Positions 29,596-39,786 of a stretch of DNA of 64,000 nt are shown here, piece after piece. Location: sequence record OR805293.1. One strand, written 5' to 3'. The notes under the pieces are model-generated. The model was not told where the DNA came from, searched no databases, and saw only the letters and a list, made by a program, of their open reading frames with translations. The position numbers and the translations under genes were made by a program. Within the stretch, counting starts at the first letter, position 1; each line of letters opens with the position of its first letter.

Positions 29596-30901
29596 ATTGC
29601 CATTCTCTATCTTTAAATTTGTATAATTCTTTATCGTATAAATTTCTAACATACACAGGACTATTATTTGTTACTCTTGCATTAAATGTAACTACCCATT
29701 GTGTTCCTGTATATTCTATTATATCAGAATCGTATGCAACAAAACTATTACCCCATGGATATGAATTTTTTATTGCAGGTTCTTCTCCTTTAGTTAACGA
29801 ATTTAGTACCATATATCTTTGGCCTATTTGTGCTTCCGGTAATTTATTTCCAGGAAACATTTTAGATGGATCTATAATTCTATTTATAGGCGGAATAGTA
29901 GCAGAAGGCAAAGTTTCGTCTATTGGGGTAAATGTAGTTGTATTTGTAGACGAAGGTTCTATATATCCTATTATTTCTATATCGGGATTATCTATATTTC
30001 CTTGAATGAGTTTAACTGTAGTAACATTTTGTTCAACTGAACCGTATATATTAAGTAATTTGTCCCATGAATCTGATGATACATCTCCGTATGTATTAAG
30101 TAATGTTAGTTTGTTATCAATTACTCTTAGACCATAGTTTCCGGGTGTTACACATAACTGTTCTTTAACTGTACCGGGGGTTATATTAAAGAAATCGGTC
30201 GTACTTTTTATATCAGAAAAACTATCTGTATAAATGTTACTTATGATTGTATTGATTATCTTTTGTTTTTTAACTTTAGCCGGCGGATTTATATATACAA
30301 TCATTTGAAATATAAGAGACGATATATCGTAGTCAGTAGATGTTCCTACTGGTATAGTCCTGTTAGACCATTGTGTTTCTTTTAATTCTAATTCAAATAT
30401 TCTAGACCAATCTAAGGGGTTTTGATTTTGTTCTAGCTGTATACTAGGGTTAAATAATACTAATATTTGTTCTAAAATTTGTAATTTATTATCTGTATTA
30501 GAAGTTAATATATCTAATCGTGTTGTTAGTTTATAAGGCACAGGCATATATGCTTCAACTGTGTATCTATTTCCAGGTTTGTTAATATAACTACCATTTG
30601 CATCTGTAGCCAATTCTGTAACATTAGATACTTTTACCCCTTGTGTATCAACCCGATAATCTGGTGCTAAATCTAAACCAGTGATATAACCTGCCATAAT
30701 AGGCACAGGTATTACTGTATTTTGATTATTTCCGTTAATAATAGATGCAACTTGTCTAGACATATCTCCGTATATAACTGGGACTCTTTTTTGAATAGAT
30801 ACGCCGTTATCGTCAGGTGCAGTTCTTATGTTTATATCTGAAAAAACTCGTAGAAACTGTAAAAGATATCGTCTTAACTGCTCGTCGTAAAAATAGTTCA
30901 T
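29531..30901 (-). CDS. gp15: Tail terminator / sheath stabiliser with C-terminal extension
   Basis: YFYDEQLRRYLLQF, VPVIYGD, QILEQILVLFNP motifs. Confidence 0.85.
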   Translation of the reverse strand: MNYFYDEQLRRYLLQFLRVFSDINIRTAPDDNGVSIQKRVPVIYGDMSRQVASIINGNNQNTVIPVPIMAGYITGLDLAPDYRVDTQGVKVSNVTELATDANGSYINKPGNRYTVEAYMPVPYKLTTRLDILTSNTDNKLQILEQILVLFNPSIQLEQNQNPLDWSRIFELELKETQWSNRTIPVGTSTDYDISSLIFQMIVYINPPAKVKKQKIINTIISNIYTDSFSDIKSTTDFFNITPGTVKEQLCVTPGNYGLRVIDNKLTLLNTYGDVSSDSWDKLLNIYGSVEQNVTTVKLIQGNIDNPDIEIIGYIEPSSTNTTTFTPIDETLPSATIPPINRIIDPSKMFPGNKLPEAQIGQRYMVLNSLTKGEEPAIKNSYPWGNSFVAYDSDIIEYTGTQWVVTFNARVTNNSPVYVRNLYDKELYKFKDREWQYGYAGDYKAGYWRVDNICSIS

Positions 30902-31992
30902 TATTTTTTACCGTATATTTCGTTGAGTTTATCTTCGTTTAGATTTACTCTGGCTTTTACCGCTTTAGATAATGCTTGTTTTTCTGGTGCTGTAGTACAA
31001 TCATTATTTGTAACAATGTTTGTGTTATCAATGAATGTGTCTAATAGCATATTTACAGGAGTCCATTTTCTCCTAGCATCATCTTCTATTTTTATATAGC
31101 GATTTCCTACTTTTCTAAATAATCTGTCTGGCTTGAAGTCTGTTCTTAAAAAGAATTCTCCCTCTTGCATATCATCTGGAAATTCTGTACCAGACCCTTT
31201 TAGTTTGTATGCATTTGGCGGCACACCAGTTCCAGTCCATAGTAATAATTCGAACGAACCGTTTTCTTTTTCTGCCATCCAGAGATGTGCAGCATCCGAC
31301 CACGTGGGATCGAACATAACATTTTTTCTTGCTTCTTCTATTATACCATCTGTTATGTCCTGATATTTGTCGTCGTTTGTTATAGGGCATTTATTATCAT
31401 CATAACATCCGGCAGGACCTATTTCTTCTCCGTTGGGACCTATTGCTGTTCCGTCTGTTCCTATAATATCTTCGTATTCTTGACCGCCTTTTAGTTGTTG
31501 AGCTTTTACTCTCCATAAATGAGACCACCAGCCCGGACCATATCCTTCTGCAGAATGAGTAGCATCTTGAATTACATAATATCTATTTAATATAGGATCG
31601 TTAATATCTAGTGTATCGGGATCTCTTAAATGCGGTAATTCTAAGACATCGCCGGACATTAATTTTCTACCTATTTGATTTAGCATAGAATTATAATGAA
31701 ATGTTATGAAAATGGTATCGTTTGTTAAAAATATACCGAACTGTGATAAATCGAATTCAGAATTTTGCGGCTGATAACACCCCCTTAAGTCAAACAAACT
31801 ACTATCATATTTTCTATTTCTATTTTCTAAAAATAAAATATCTTCTATTGTAGTTTCGTCGCCTTTACCTGTCCCTACATATTTGTGAACTATAATTCCA
31901 GTACCGCCCATTTCGACAAAATCTTTTACAGTTCTGTCTACGAAACTATAGTCTTTTCCTTTGTTAGGATTCCAAAGTGATAACCGTGCCAT
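30901..31992 (-). CDS. gp14: Neck / head-completion protein
   Basis: LFLENRNRKYD, FDLSQFGIF, RKLMSGDVLELPH. Confidence 0.8.
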   Translation of the reverse strand: MARLSLWNPNKGKDYSFVDRTVKDFVEMGGTGIIVHKYVGTGKGDETTIEDILFLENRNRKYDSSLFDLRGCYQPQNSEFDLSQFGIFLTNDTIFITFHYNSMLNQIGRKLMSGDVLELPHLRDPDTLDINDPILNRYYVIQDATHSAEGYGPGWWSHLWRVKAQQLKGGQEYEDIIGTDGTAIGPNGEEIGPAGCYDDNKCPITNDDKYQDITDGIIEEARKNVMFDPTWSDAAHLWMAEKENGSFELLLWTGTGVPPNAYKLKGSGTEFPDDMQEGEFFLRTDFKPDRLFRKVGNRYIKIEDDARRKWTPVNMLLDTFIDNTNIVTNNDCTTAPEKQALSKAVKARVNLNEDKLNEIYGKK

Positions 31993-32011
31993 ATAAACTC
32001 CTAGTTATAGG

Positions 32012-32019
32012 TATTTATC
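32012..32019 (-). promoter_or_regulatory. Putative late promoter GATAAATA
   Basis: 20 nt upstream of gp14. Confidence 0.7.
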
Positions 32020-32046
32020 TGATAAAATAAACAAAAATATCTCAAT

Positions 32047-32075
32047 AAAAAAGCAACCTTAGGTTGCTTTTTTTT
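32047..32075. terminator. Intrinsic terminator
   Basis: AAAAAAGCAACC-TTA-GGTTGCTTTTTT. Confidence 0.8.
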
Positions 32076-32556
32076 CTCTTTGCTTTTTTCTTAAATCGTT
32101 GTATTTTTTTTCATAATTAACCGATAGTTCGGGGAATTCTATTTTTAATAAATCTTGTGCTTTTTTTATTTTAGAAAAATCTATTTTTTCTGGTAAGTCT
32201 CGTAAAATATCTTTATCTTTTTCTATAATAGATAATATATCGGGGTTAGTTATGTACTTAACTGCTTCTCTGTCGAGGGAAGCCAAAACCATATTTCTTT
32301 CAGTTCTTATATTTTTTAATGTTTTATTTGCAGCAGAATCTAAATCTATTACTACTTTAGTTGGATTTTGTATTTTATCAAATTTTAATGAATCGAAAAA
32401 TTGTTGTTCTAAAGTGTCGGGAATTTTATCGTATATAACATATTGGGTATTTTCGTTAAATATACCTAGCGTATATAATTCTTCTGTAGATTTGTCTGTT
32501 ATTAATTTAGCAACCCTTGTTTCGTCGATAGGGTTTGTATAAAAGATGGTTTTCAT
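32059..32556 (-). CDS. Putative tail fibre assembly chaperone
   Basis: IRTERNMVLASLD...KDILRDLP pattern of fibre chaperones; follows fibre genes. Confidence 0.5.
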   Translation of the reverse strand: MKTIFYTNPIDETRVAKLITDKSTEELYTLGIFNENTQYVIYDKIPDTLEQQFFDSLKFDKIQNPTKVVIDLDSAANKTLKNIRTERNMVLASLDREAVKYITNPDILSIIEKDKDILRDLPEKIDFSKIKKAQDLLKIEFPELSVNYEKKYNDLRKKQREKKAT

Positions 32557-32569
32557 GTGTATCTATCCT

Positions 32570-34105
32570 TTAGTAGTATATTACAAGTGAGAAGAACGGT
32601 GCATCGAAATAATCTTCGCCGAATCTGTTAGTCCAACCCGATGGATTGTAATTTATTATGTGATCTGCTTTTGTTATTTTACAGTTAACATCAAAATATG
32701 TGGTAGTTTTTGTTGTTACCCATTGTTCAGTTATATTTAGTTGATTATTCCATACCATTGCATCAGCGTTTCCTAATACAACTACATAATTTGTATCTGG
32801 CGCAGGCACAGATAGATATACTCTATAGCGACCCGATGCTAATTTACTAACTGTTAAATTCCAGGAATCTAGTCTACTGCCAGTAGGACCGGACCAAGAT
32901 ATCCATCCTTTTGATTTTTTTATTAAAGTGTTATATCCGGCCCATTCATTTAATGCTTGCGCCGGAGTAAATCTCATAGTATTGTTTGAATTACTTCTTA
33001 CAAAACCTATTTTGCTATTTCTAGTAAATTGATCACTAGTATTGTTGCCCGTAGATCTTAACAATCTACCAGTGATGGCACCCGAGGAATCTCGCTCTAC
33101 TACAGTGCCCGGAGTAGCAAGTGTAGAGTTTATTCTACCGTCTAATGCAGCAGAATCTGATGCTTTACCGTTAACAGGTAGAGCCCCTATTTGTGCAGGC
33201 GTCGGTCTATATCCCAAATGAAATACTTGATTATTGCCAATGTATAGTTGATTTGGAGATAATCTATATTGTAATGCCAGAACAGGAGCTGTATTAAGTG
33301 AGCCTCTATTATACAGTTTAATAAAAACAGATGACGTACTAAGAGTAGTATTATTTAATTCTAATATAGTAGCTGATGAATTGTTAGTAGCTATTGTATT
33401 ATTAATAGATAGACCGTTAGAAATACCCCTAGATTCTAAGTATGATTTTCCTGATCTAAACGACATTAATCCGTCAGATGGTGTTACATTAATGGCTGCA
33501 TTTGCTACAGGAGCAGCAACCTTCATAAATTTTGCAGCAGGTATTCCGTTTAAATTATTCGAGTTTGCTGCTTTATCTGTTTTCTTTAGAAATAAAGCAT
33601 CTGCTTCTGCTTTAGTGTAAGTAACATCCTTACCGAAAACACCTAAATTTGTTCTAGCAGAACTTGCGTTTAATACGTCTGCAAAATTTTTAGATTTATC
33701 GAATATAGGGTAATTTTCTAATTTATCTAGTTTTACTGAATATTTGTCTACTAAGTGAGGGTTATTATAGTTAGTAATATGAGCCCATACTGCATCTTCT
33801 TCGAATTTAGTAATAGGAACCCAGTTATTTATATTTGTACTATCTAATCCATTTGGTCCAGGGAATATGTACATTTGCCTTGTATTTTCTTTCCACCATA
33901 ACTGCCCTGTTACGGCAGATACTGGTGGAAGATGATATGAGAAATTATTTAGTATATTAATTAAATTCTCACCAACATCTTGTACATATGATTTTACATA
34001 AGTTCCTGTAAATACTAATGAAGTTTCTGTATTTTTTTTTAAATCTCTGACTAAATAACCGCCGTCGATTAATCTATATCGATAATGTTTTACTCTGTAA
34101 TTCAT
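32570..34105 (-). CDS. Tail fibre/receptor-binding protein, paralog 3
   Basis: Shared ENL..ILNNFS..PP....GQLW, NPH.V and ADVLNA..ARTNL modules. Confidence 0.7.
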   Translation of the reverse strand: MNYRVKHYRYRLIDGGYLVRDLKKNTETSLVFTGTYVKSYVQDVGENLINILNNFSYHLPPVSAVTGQLWWKENTRQMYIFPGPNGLDSTNINNWVPITKFEEDAVWAHITNYNNPHLVDKYSVKLDKLENYPIFDKSKNFADVLNASSARTNLGVFGKDVTYTKAEADALFLKKTDKAANSNNLNGIPAAKFMKVAAPVANAAINVTPSDGLMSFRSGKSYLESRGISNGLSINNTIATNNSSATILELNNTTLSTSSVFIKLYNRGSLNTAPVLALQYRLSPNQLYIGNNQVFHLGYRPTPAQIGALPVNGKASDSAALDGRINSTLATPGTVVERDSSGAITGRLLRSTGNNTSDQFTRNSKIGFVRSNSNNTMRFTPAQALNEWAGYNTLIKKSKGWISWSGPTGSRLDSWNLTVSKLASGRYRVYLSVPAPDTNYVVVLGNADAMVWNNQLNITEQWVTTKTTTYFDVNCKITKADHIINYNPSGWTNRFGEDYFDAPFFSLVIYY

Positions 34106-34106
34106 A

Positions 34107-35705
34107 TTAGAAGAACCATGTAAATGTTATGTTGTTAGCATCTGCGTATACATTAGTAAACGAATCTAAAGAATAGTTATTATAATTAATATTGTATGTT
34201 CTGAAGAATTCTAAATCTGTATAAGTAGTGCTTCTTAAATATACCAATGATGAATTGTAGCTAAGTCTCCCAGTGCCAGCAGCCATACCGGTAGATATTT
34301 GACCGTCACTAGTAACTCCTACAAACGGAACAACAGAACCCGCAGCCGGCGTAGAAAATGAATTGTAATATATTCTATACTTCCCTGTACCTAGTTTAGT
34401 TAGTGTACAGTTGTGTGACTTATAAGTAGAACCTGTTATTCCGTTAAATTGTATCCAAGCTTTAACTACACCTTTCGGTTCGTTAGCCCTAAACCATGAC
34501 TGGAATGAAGAGACATTTGCTCGTCTAACATAGTTATCGCTTGTATTTGAATTTCTAAATAGAATTAAATTTCCTGTTTCTATATTTTCGTCTGGATTAG
34601 AAACTTGAATGTGCCTAACATGTACATCTCCTGCACCATCTCTTAATACAACTGCATTGTCATTTGGACTGCTAGATTGATACATGCCATTTAATAATAA
34701 TGTATTGACAGCCTTTCCGTTTAGTGGAAGTGAACCGACAGCAGCGTTAGACGGTATTCTTCCTGTATGATACATTTCACTAGGATTAGTATCGTAGTCT
34801 ATTATTAAATTAGTTTTTGTAAATCTATATGATTTTACTGGTTGTGCTGTTTGATTGTTTGCAGTAGCACGATTAAATACAACCATGGTAACCATAGGAT
34901 CACTATTATCGTTAATAAACGATAACATAGCACCAGTATCGTTTGCAGATGCAATTCTTCCGTCTGATCTTATTCCGGACAACAACTCTATATTTCCTGC
35001 ACCTGTGTTAACTACTATAGAACCTTTAGAGTTATTATACGTTAACGCAGTATTAGTGATTATACTGGTTGTATCAAATGTTCTATAAACAACAGGGTTG
35101 TCTACAAGGACAAAATCAGCACTAGTTAAGCCATCTAATCTGTCAGTATTATTTACTGTACCACCTTTTGTCATAAAAAGATTGTTTACAGTAGTTTTAT
35201 TGTAAGTTTCTGAAGTCCCGTATACTTCTAAATTAGATCGGCATATAGATGCATCTAATACATCTGCAAGATTTAATGTTTTATTAAATGTGTAAACATT
35301 AGGAACATTTCCCAATCCCACTTGTTCTTTTGTTGTCTCGTGGGGATCGTTAATACCTGTTCTTGATTCGTGATCTGTTAGCTCATTTAAAATAGTAGAT
35401 CCTAGATTTTTCCAATCGGAAGAAACAGACGTAGGTTTATCATTACTTATGTAAACTTTAACACTTTTTTCATCTGGATTAAACCATAATTGACCTTCTA
35501 TCGGATTTAACGGAGCAATAGTATGACTAAAATTTTCCATCTTCCATAGCATATTTTGGAAGAACTGACTTTTGTAAGATTCATTATACGATCCTATTAG
35601 TCCAATAGAAGAGTACGTATTGTCTATTTGTATATCGTTAACGGTTTTATTTGGTTTAGAAGAGCCGCCGTTGACAGATGAATAACGTTTAATAGTGTAA
35701 GGCAT
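34107..35705 (-). CDS. Tail fibre/receptor-binding protein, paralog 2
   Basis: Same modules; C-terminal KAWIQFNG...KLGTGKYR domain. Confidence 0.7.
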   Translation of the reverse strand: MPYTIKRYSSVNGGSSKPNKTVNDIQIDNTYSSIGLIGSYNESYKSQFFQNMLWKMENFSHTIAPLNPIEGQLWFNPDEKSVKVYISNDKPTSVSSDWKNLGSTILNELTDHESRTGINDPHETTKEQVGLGNVPNVYTFNKTLNLADVLDASICRSNLEVYGTSETYNKTTVNNLFMTKGGTVNNTDRLDGLTSADFVLVDNPVVYRTFDTTSIITNTALTYNNSKGSIVVNTGAGNIELLSGIRSDGRIASANDTGAMLSFINDNSDPMVTMVVFNRATANNQTAQPVKSYRFTKTNLIIDYDTNPSEMYHTGRIPSNAAVGSLPLNGKAVNTLLLNGMYQSSSPNDNAVVLRDGAGDVHVRHIQVSNPDENIETGNLILFRNSNTSDNYVRRANVSSFQSWFRANEPKGVVKAWIQFNGITGSTYKSHNCTLTKLGTGKYRIYYNSFSTPAAGSVVPFVGVTSDGQISTGMAAGTGRLSYNSSLVYLRSTTYTDLEFFRTYNINYNNYSLDSFTNVYADANNITFTWFF

Positions 35706-38068
35706 TATAGATTTACCCAGGATGAAAAATATACTTGTAATGATGCTAATCCCGGATCGTCATATTCCCTCGAATAATCTTGATAACCGGTTCCGTCGTT
35801 GTTATTAAAATTACTGTTTAATGTACTAGCAACGTCAAAGTATGATAATGTTTTGTTATAGCAATATATAGACACTGCTCTAAATGCTTTAGAATAGTTA
35901 ACAACATCTCCCTCTATGGCACCTACGTGCCCCTCTGACATACATTGTGTCATAACAACATAATTTGTATTTGTTGGACGCAAAGTAGTAAAATAGAATC
36001 TATATAATCCTGTTCCTAATTTTGTTATAGATAAGTTTAAAGTGTTTATTACAAAGAAGGAACCGCCCGTAAGGTTTGTGTCTGAGAATGATGCCAGACC
36101 TTTTGGCATATCTATTTCTACTTTCCAGTCATATCCTAAATAAGTTACTAATTGGTCCCTGCTAGCAAAACGAACATAATTGTCATTGGTATTATTGTTT
36201 CTAAATGTTACTTGGGCATTTATTGACATAGGGTCTGCATTAGTGTATGTCATACTAAATGAAGATGCAGATAGATACCCGCCGTTTGCATCAGGAAGAT
36301 TAGAAGGTGTATATCTTACTGCTATTGTGTTGGCACCCGGACTAGTTGAATTTATTTTACCGTTAAGTAAATATGAATCTACGGCAGTACCGTTCCACGC
36401 CAATGCTCCTACTTCGGCAGCGGTCGGCGGCCGTCTGTCGTGGAATGCTAAATTACCAGAACCTATATATAGATTGTCTGCTTTAAATGATATGATACTA
36501 TTTGCTACTAATGGTGTATTTATTGCACCAGTATTATAGAAGACAAACTGTATTCCGTTATCTAATGTATTGTTAGTAACCATATTCATACTAACAGCAG
36601 TAGTATTATTTTGAGAATGAATATCTGTAACAGTACCGCCTAGTATTAGACTAGTTCCATAATTGGGTTTATATGCTAATCTGAAACTATTATCATTCAT
36701 TACTATTACATCTCCTGATGTAACAGATGAAGTTATAGACGAAGTAACAAACGGTGTTTGTTTTTTAACGTAAGCTGTGCTATCTAACCCGCCTAGTAAT
36801 TCTGAATCTGGAGAAGAACTATTTGATTTATCTACGAATAGATTATTATATTCTTGGGAATTGTATGTTTCGTTTTTACCATATATAGATAAATTATTTC
36901 TAGCGGCTGCCTTATTTAAAACATCTGCTAGGTTCAGTGTTTTATCGAATGTATTTACGTTATCTACTAATCCCAGACCTATCTGTTCTTTTGTAACTTG
37001 ATGAGGGTCGTTTTTATCATTAATGTGAGCACTAAGTAAATCTAATGTGCCCTGAGTTAATGGATGCCATTTTGCTAGATTTGTAAATTCACCGGGTTCT
37101 CCTACATATACATAAAATGATCCTTGTGTCCCGGGTCCCTCTGTTTTATACCATAGTTGTCCTTTTATAGCATTTTGGGGAGGAGAAGAACTAGCAAAGT
37201 TTTCTACCATCCATATCATGGATTCACTAAATGCTTTTTCGTAACCTGCCGAATTATATCCTGGCATAGATATAGAAAGTAAGTTAGAAGAAATATAGTT
37301 ATCAGGTACATTTAATCCTGGAATCTTGTTATAGCACTTTGCAGAAAAAGATAATACCTCGAAAGTACATAAATCCTGATTACCTGATACAAATCCAAAT
37401 AATGCAGATGTTTTAAAATCAGTTAGTGTATCATCGTTTAGATCTATAGTAAACACCGAGTTATCTATTATTACGTTAGAATTCCAGTCGGAACACTTAG
37501 CTGTTATTTTATTATTTTCTCTAATTACATTAATAATTGTATATCTATTTGACCAACCGAGATACCCTGTAGATGATGTAGAAGTAGCCCCAGCAGGACT
37601 ATTAATTCCTATTGTTTTACTAGAAAGAATCGTTCTAGTTTTATTGTTATCTAAAATTAGTTCCCAATTCCTTCCGGATCCGCTGCTAGATGTGTTACCT
37701 AATGACCGGACAGCAGATATATATTTTCCTTTTTGTCCAGCAACACACAAACCTAACCTGTTATTTCTTATAGAATTGCTAGATATTTTTATTGTAATAT
37801 TAAAATCACTAACTTGATCCATGTATAACGCATAGCTATATAACGATGCTGCATTAGTTGATATAGGATCGGGAGTTCTTGTGTAAGAAAGAATAGAAGT
37901 AGCTGACCATCCTGCAGTGACGCCGCCTATTGCTTTTCCTTCCCATGCATCATACAAGTTAACTGATGTAGCTTTTGACCAATCGGAAACAACTTCTTGG
38001 TAACTAGGAAAAGAAGTTAGTTCTCTATTTTGGTAATAATTATTTGATAAACGTAATTCGTAACCCAT
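35705..38068 (-). CDS. Tail fibre/receptor-binding protein, paralog 1, with extra N-terminal beta-rich domain
   Basis: Same modules after ~270 extra residues; ATG 38068 preferred over TTG 38080. Confidence 0.7.
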   Translation of the reverse strand: MGYELRLSNNYYQNRELTSFPSYQEVVSDWSKATSVNLYDAWEGKAIGGVTAGWSATSILSYTRTPDPISTNAASLYSYALYMDQVSDFNITIKISSNSIRNNRLGLCVAGQKGKYISAVRSLGNTSSSGSGRNWELILDNNKTRTILSSKTIGINSPAGATSTSSTGYLGWSNRYTIINVIRENNKITAKCSDWNSNVIIDNSVFTIDLNDDTLTDFKTSALFGFVSGNQDLCTFEVLSFSAKCYNKIPGLNVPDNYISSNLLSISMPGYNSAGYEKAFSESMIWMVENFASSSPPQNAIKGQLWYKTEGPGTQGSFYVYVGEPGEFTNLAKWHPLTQGTLDLLSAHINDKNDPHQVTKEQIGLGLVDNVNTFDKTLNLADVLNKAAARNNLSIYGKNETYNSQEYNNLFVDKSNSSSPDSELLGGLDSTAYVKKQTPFVTSSITSSVTSGDVIVMNDNSFRLAYKPNYGTSLILGGTVTDIHSQNNTTAVSMNMVTNNTLDNGIQFVFYNTGAINTPLVANSIISFKADNLYIGSGNLAFHDRRPPTAAEVGALAWNGTAVDSYLLNGKINSTSPGANTIAVRYTPSNLPDANGGYLSASSFSMTYTNADPMSINAQVTFRNNNTNDNYVRFASRDQLVTYLGYDWKVEIDMPKGLASFSDTNLTGGSFFVINTLNLSITKLGTGLYRFYFTTLRPTNTNYVVMTQCMSEGHVGAIEGDVVNYSKAFRAVSIYCYNKTLSYFDVASTLNSNFNNNDGTGYQDYSREYDDPGLASLQVYFSSWVNL

Positions 38069-38092
38069 GACAATGCTCAATATTCTTTATGA

Positions 38093-38100
38093 TATTTATC
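38093..38100 (-). promoter_or_regulatory. Putative late promoter GATAAATA
   Basis: 25 nt upstream of the fibre operon. Confidence 0.7.
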
Positions 38101-38175
38101 ATAGTAATTTTAGGTAAATTTATGAAATTATATTTATTTTCTTTTATAAAACATAAAATATAGTTGTTTAATTTA

Positions 38176-38459
38176 ACTGGGTGTAATATAATTTGTAGTG
38201 TATGCAATACATTTGCATATATACCAAGCACTGTATGGTGAGTTGCATACAGCGATGGGCAATCGTAGTGCCGACATTGATCTAGTATGATCTGAAATAG
38301 GTCCCTTACGCCGAGGTAAGGCTATCTGGCACGGATAGTAGTGGATGTGTATGTTCGAAATAACGATATCATATTTTAGACATACGCCGCCGTCAGCATT
38401 TTTAGTTTGCAACTGCTGATATCTTTAAGTTTTGTTGATGGCCGGGGGTGGTGCCCAGT
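38176..38459 (+). ncRNA. Candidate ~285-nt multi-hairpin non-coding RNA
   Basis: GC-elevated island with six hairpins closed by ACUGGGUGU/GUGCCCAGU; wobble pairs favour + strand. Confidence 0.6.
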
Positions 38460-38663
38460 GCATTTTTATTATAGAGTTATTGTGTAAAAGAAATAAATGT
38501 GATTAAAGACGAGGTTCTTTTCTAAAACTGTTTCTAAAAATAATTGCGTTAAAACCTTGGGTTTAGTTAATGCATTATATATGCTATATAATTATCCCTA
38601 CATAAACATGTATGTTTAACTTGTTTAGTTAACAACAAAATATGCAAATTAAGGAATTAACTG

Positions 38664-38831
38664 ATGACTAAATTTAATAAAAAATCGTTAGATACGTATG
38701 AAGATAGAGAAGATTATAGAGATGAAGAAACCGGTGACAGGTTAAATAATAAGAAATCTGAACCTAAAAAAAATAATACTGATTATAAGCCGTTTGGTAA
38801 AATTACCAACCGCTATAATAATGATAATTAA
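38664..38831 (+). CDS. Small charged hypothetical protein (55 aa), not in ORF track
   Basis: AAGGAA RBS; MTKFNKKSLDTYEDREDY...NRYNNDN*. Confidence 0.6.
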   Translation: MTKFNKKSLDTYEDREDYRDEETGDRLNNKKSEPKKNNTDYKPFGKITNRYNNDN

Positions 38832-38859
38832 ATAGTAAATATTATTATCATTTACTACG

Positions 38860-39279
38860 GTGATAATAATGATAGAAACTATTTTAACTTCGAGAGTATT
38901 TGCTTATGTAGTTTGCATAGGTATAATATCGTTAGCAATAACGCTCTCATATCAAAAATATCAAAAGCTTATTAGTGTAAATAAATCTCTTGAACAATCT
39001 ATAGAAACGTTAACTAATGATAATAATTCATTGCAGTTAACTATTTCTGAACAAAATAAAAAGATTGAAACATATATTCAACTTAGATTATATGAAGAAT
39101 CTATAGCCAAACAAAAAGCAGAATCACATGCTGCTTTAGAAAAACAATTACAAGATACTAAATCTCAGTTAAATGAATTAATAGAACGTAGAAAGAATGA
39201 GGCACCAAATGATCAAAGTGTGTTATGCTCTACTGTCAGGATTGATCCTGCTTTACGCAACTGGATGCTCGCAAACTAA
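38860..39279 (+). CDS. Inner-membrane spanin (Rz-like)
   Basis: N-terminal TM helix then coiled coil; overlaps downstream lipoprotein gene. Confidence 0.75.
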   Translation: MIIMIETILTSRVFAYVVCIGIISLAITLSYQKYQKLISVNKSLEQSIETLTNDNNSLQLTISEQNKKIETYIQLRLYEESIAKQKAESHAALEKQLQDTKSQLNELIERRKNEAPNDQSVLCSTVRIDPALRNWMLAN

Positions 39280-39526
39280 ACCAGTTAAATCTGTAGTGAT
39301 AGAAAAGGAAATAGTTCCTGTTCTTCCGCCAGATTCTCTTATAGTATATTGTTACGAAAATGAAAATCCCGATACGTATGGCGAAACGGTAGGTTCGGTT
39401 AAAAAACTAAAATCTATAATTAAAAATTCTTGTAATAAAAATATGAAAGATATAGAACTTTGGAAATCTGAAGTTAAAAAACTATATCCTACTGCGAATG
39501 ACTTAGAAATAAAAAAGCAGCCTTAA
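39209..39526 (+). CDS. Outer-membrane spanin lipoprotein (Rz1-like)
   Basis: Signal MIKVCYALLSGLILLYATG-C; VLPPDSLIVYC; overlaps i-spanin 3' end. Confidence 0.75.
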   Translation: MIKVCYALLSGLILLYATGCSQTKPVKSVVIEKEIVPVLPPDSLIVYCYENENPDTYGETVGSVKKLKSIIKNSCNKNMKDIELWKSEVKKLYPTANDLEIKKQP

Positions 39527-39537
39527 GCTGCTTTTTT
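39511..39537. terminator. Bidirectional terminator
   Basis: AAAAAAGCAGC/GCTGCTTTTTT between spanin and holin. Confidence 0.85.
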
Positions 39538-39786
39538 ATTGTCCGAGTCGCATGGGTTTATTTTATCTTTTATATTCTGTTTTATATAACTTCCTGCAAT
39601 ACCTAGTATACTAAACAAACATACTAATCCTATAAATACGTGAGTTTCTATCAAAGAACTAAATCCAATAATTGCCGGAACACCGTATTGTGCAATAGCC
39701 ATTAATAAATTCACTACATGGAAAATATAAGAATATCTTTTATATATTTTAGTCCAATTATCTGTTAATTTAAGTTTCCTAAACAT
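39523..39786 (-). CDS. Putative holin (2 TM helices)
   Basis: 87 aa, two hydrophobic helices, charged tail; overlaps endolysin stop. Confidence 0.65.
   Translation of the reverse strand: MFRKLKLTDNWTKIYKRYSYIFHVVNLLMAIAQYGVPAIIGFSSLIETHVFIGLVCLFSILGIAGSYIKQNIKDKINPCDSDNKKAA

Noticed and set aside
29531-29652. Overlap of gp15 and NUDIX as a recoding event
   Set aside because: No slippery site or stimulatory structure noticed; an uncertain start codon explains it
25470-38080. Diversity-generating retroelement acting on fibre tips
   Set aside because: No reverse transcriptase in the window and no TR/VR pair differing only at adenines was seen
38176-38459. Possible tmRNA or RNase P RNA
   Set aside because: No GGGG acceptor stem, T-loop or CCA end, no convincing tag ORF, and no GAGGAAAGUCC/P4 motif on either strand
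38438-38462. GGCCGG..TGGT.CCCAG resembling the HDV ribozyme 5' end
   Set aside because: No downstream partner for P1 or P3; CCCAG is better explained by the closing helix with 38176-38184
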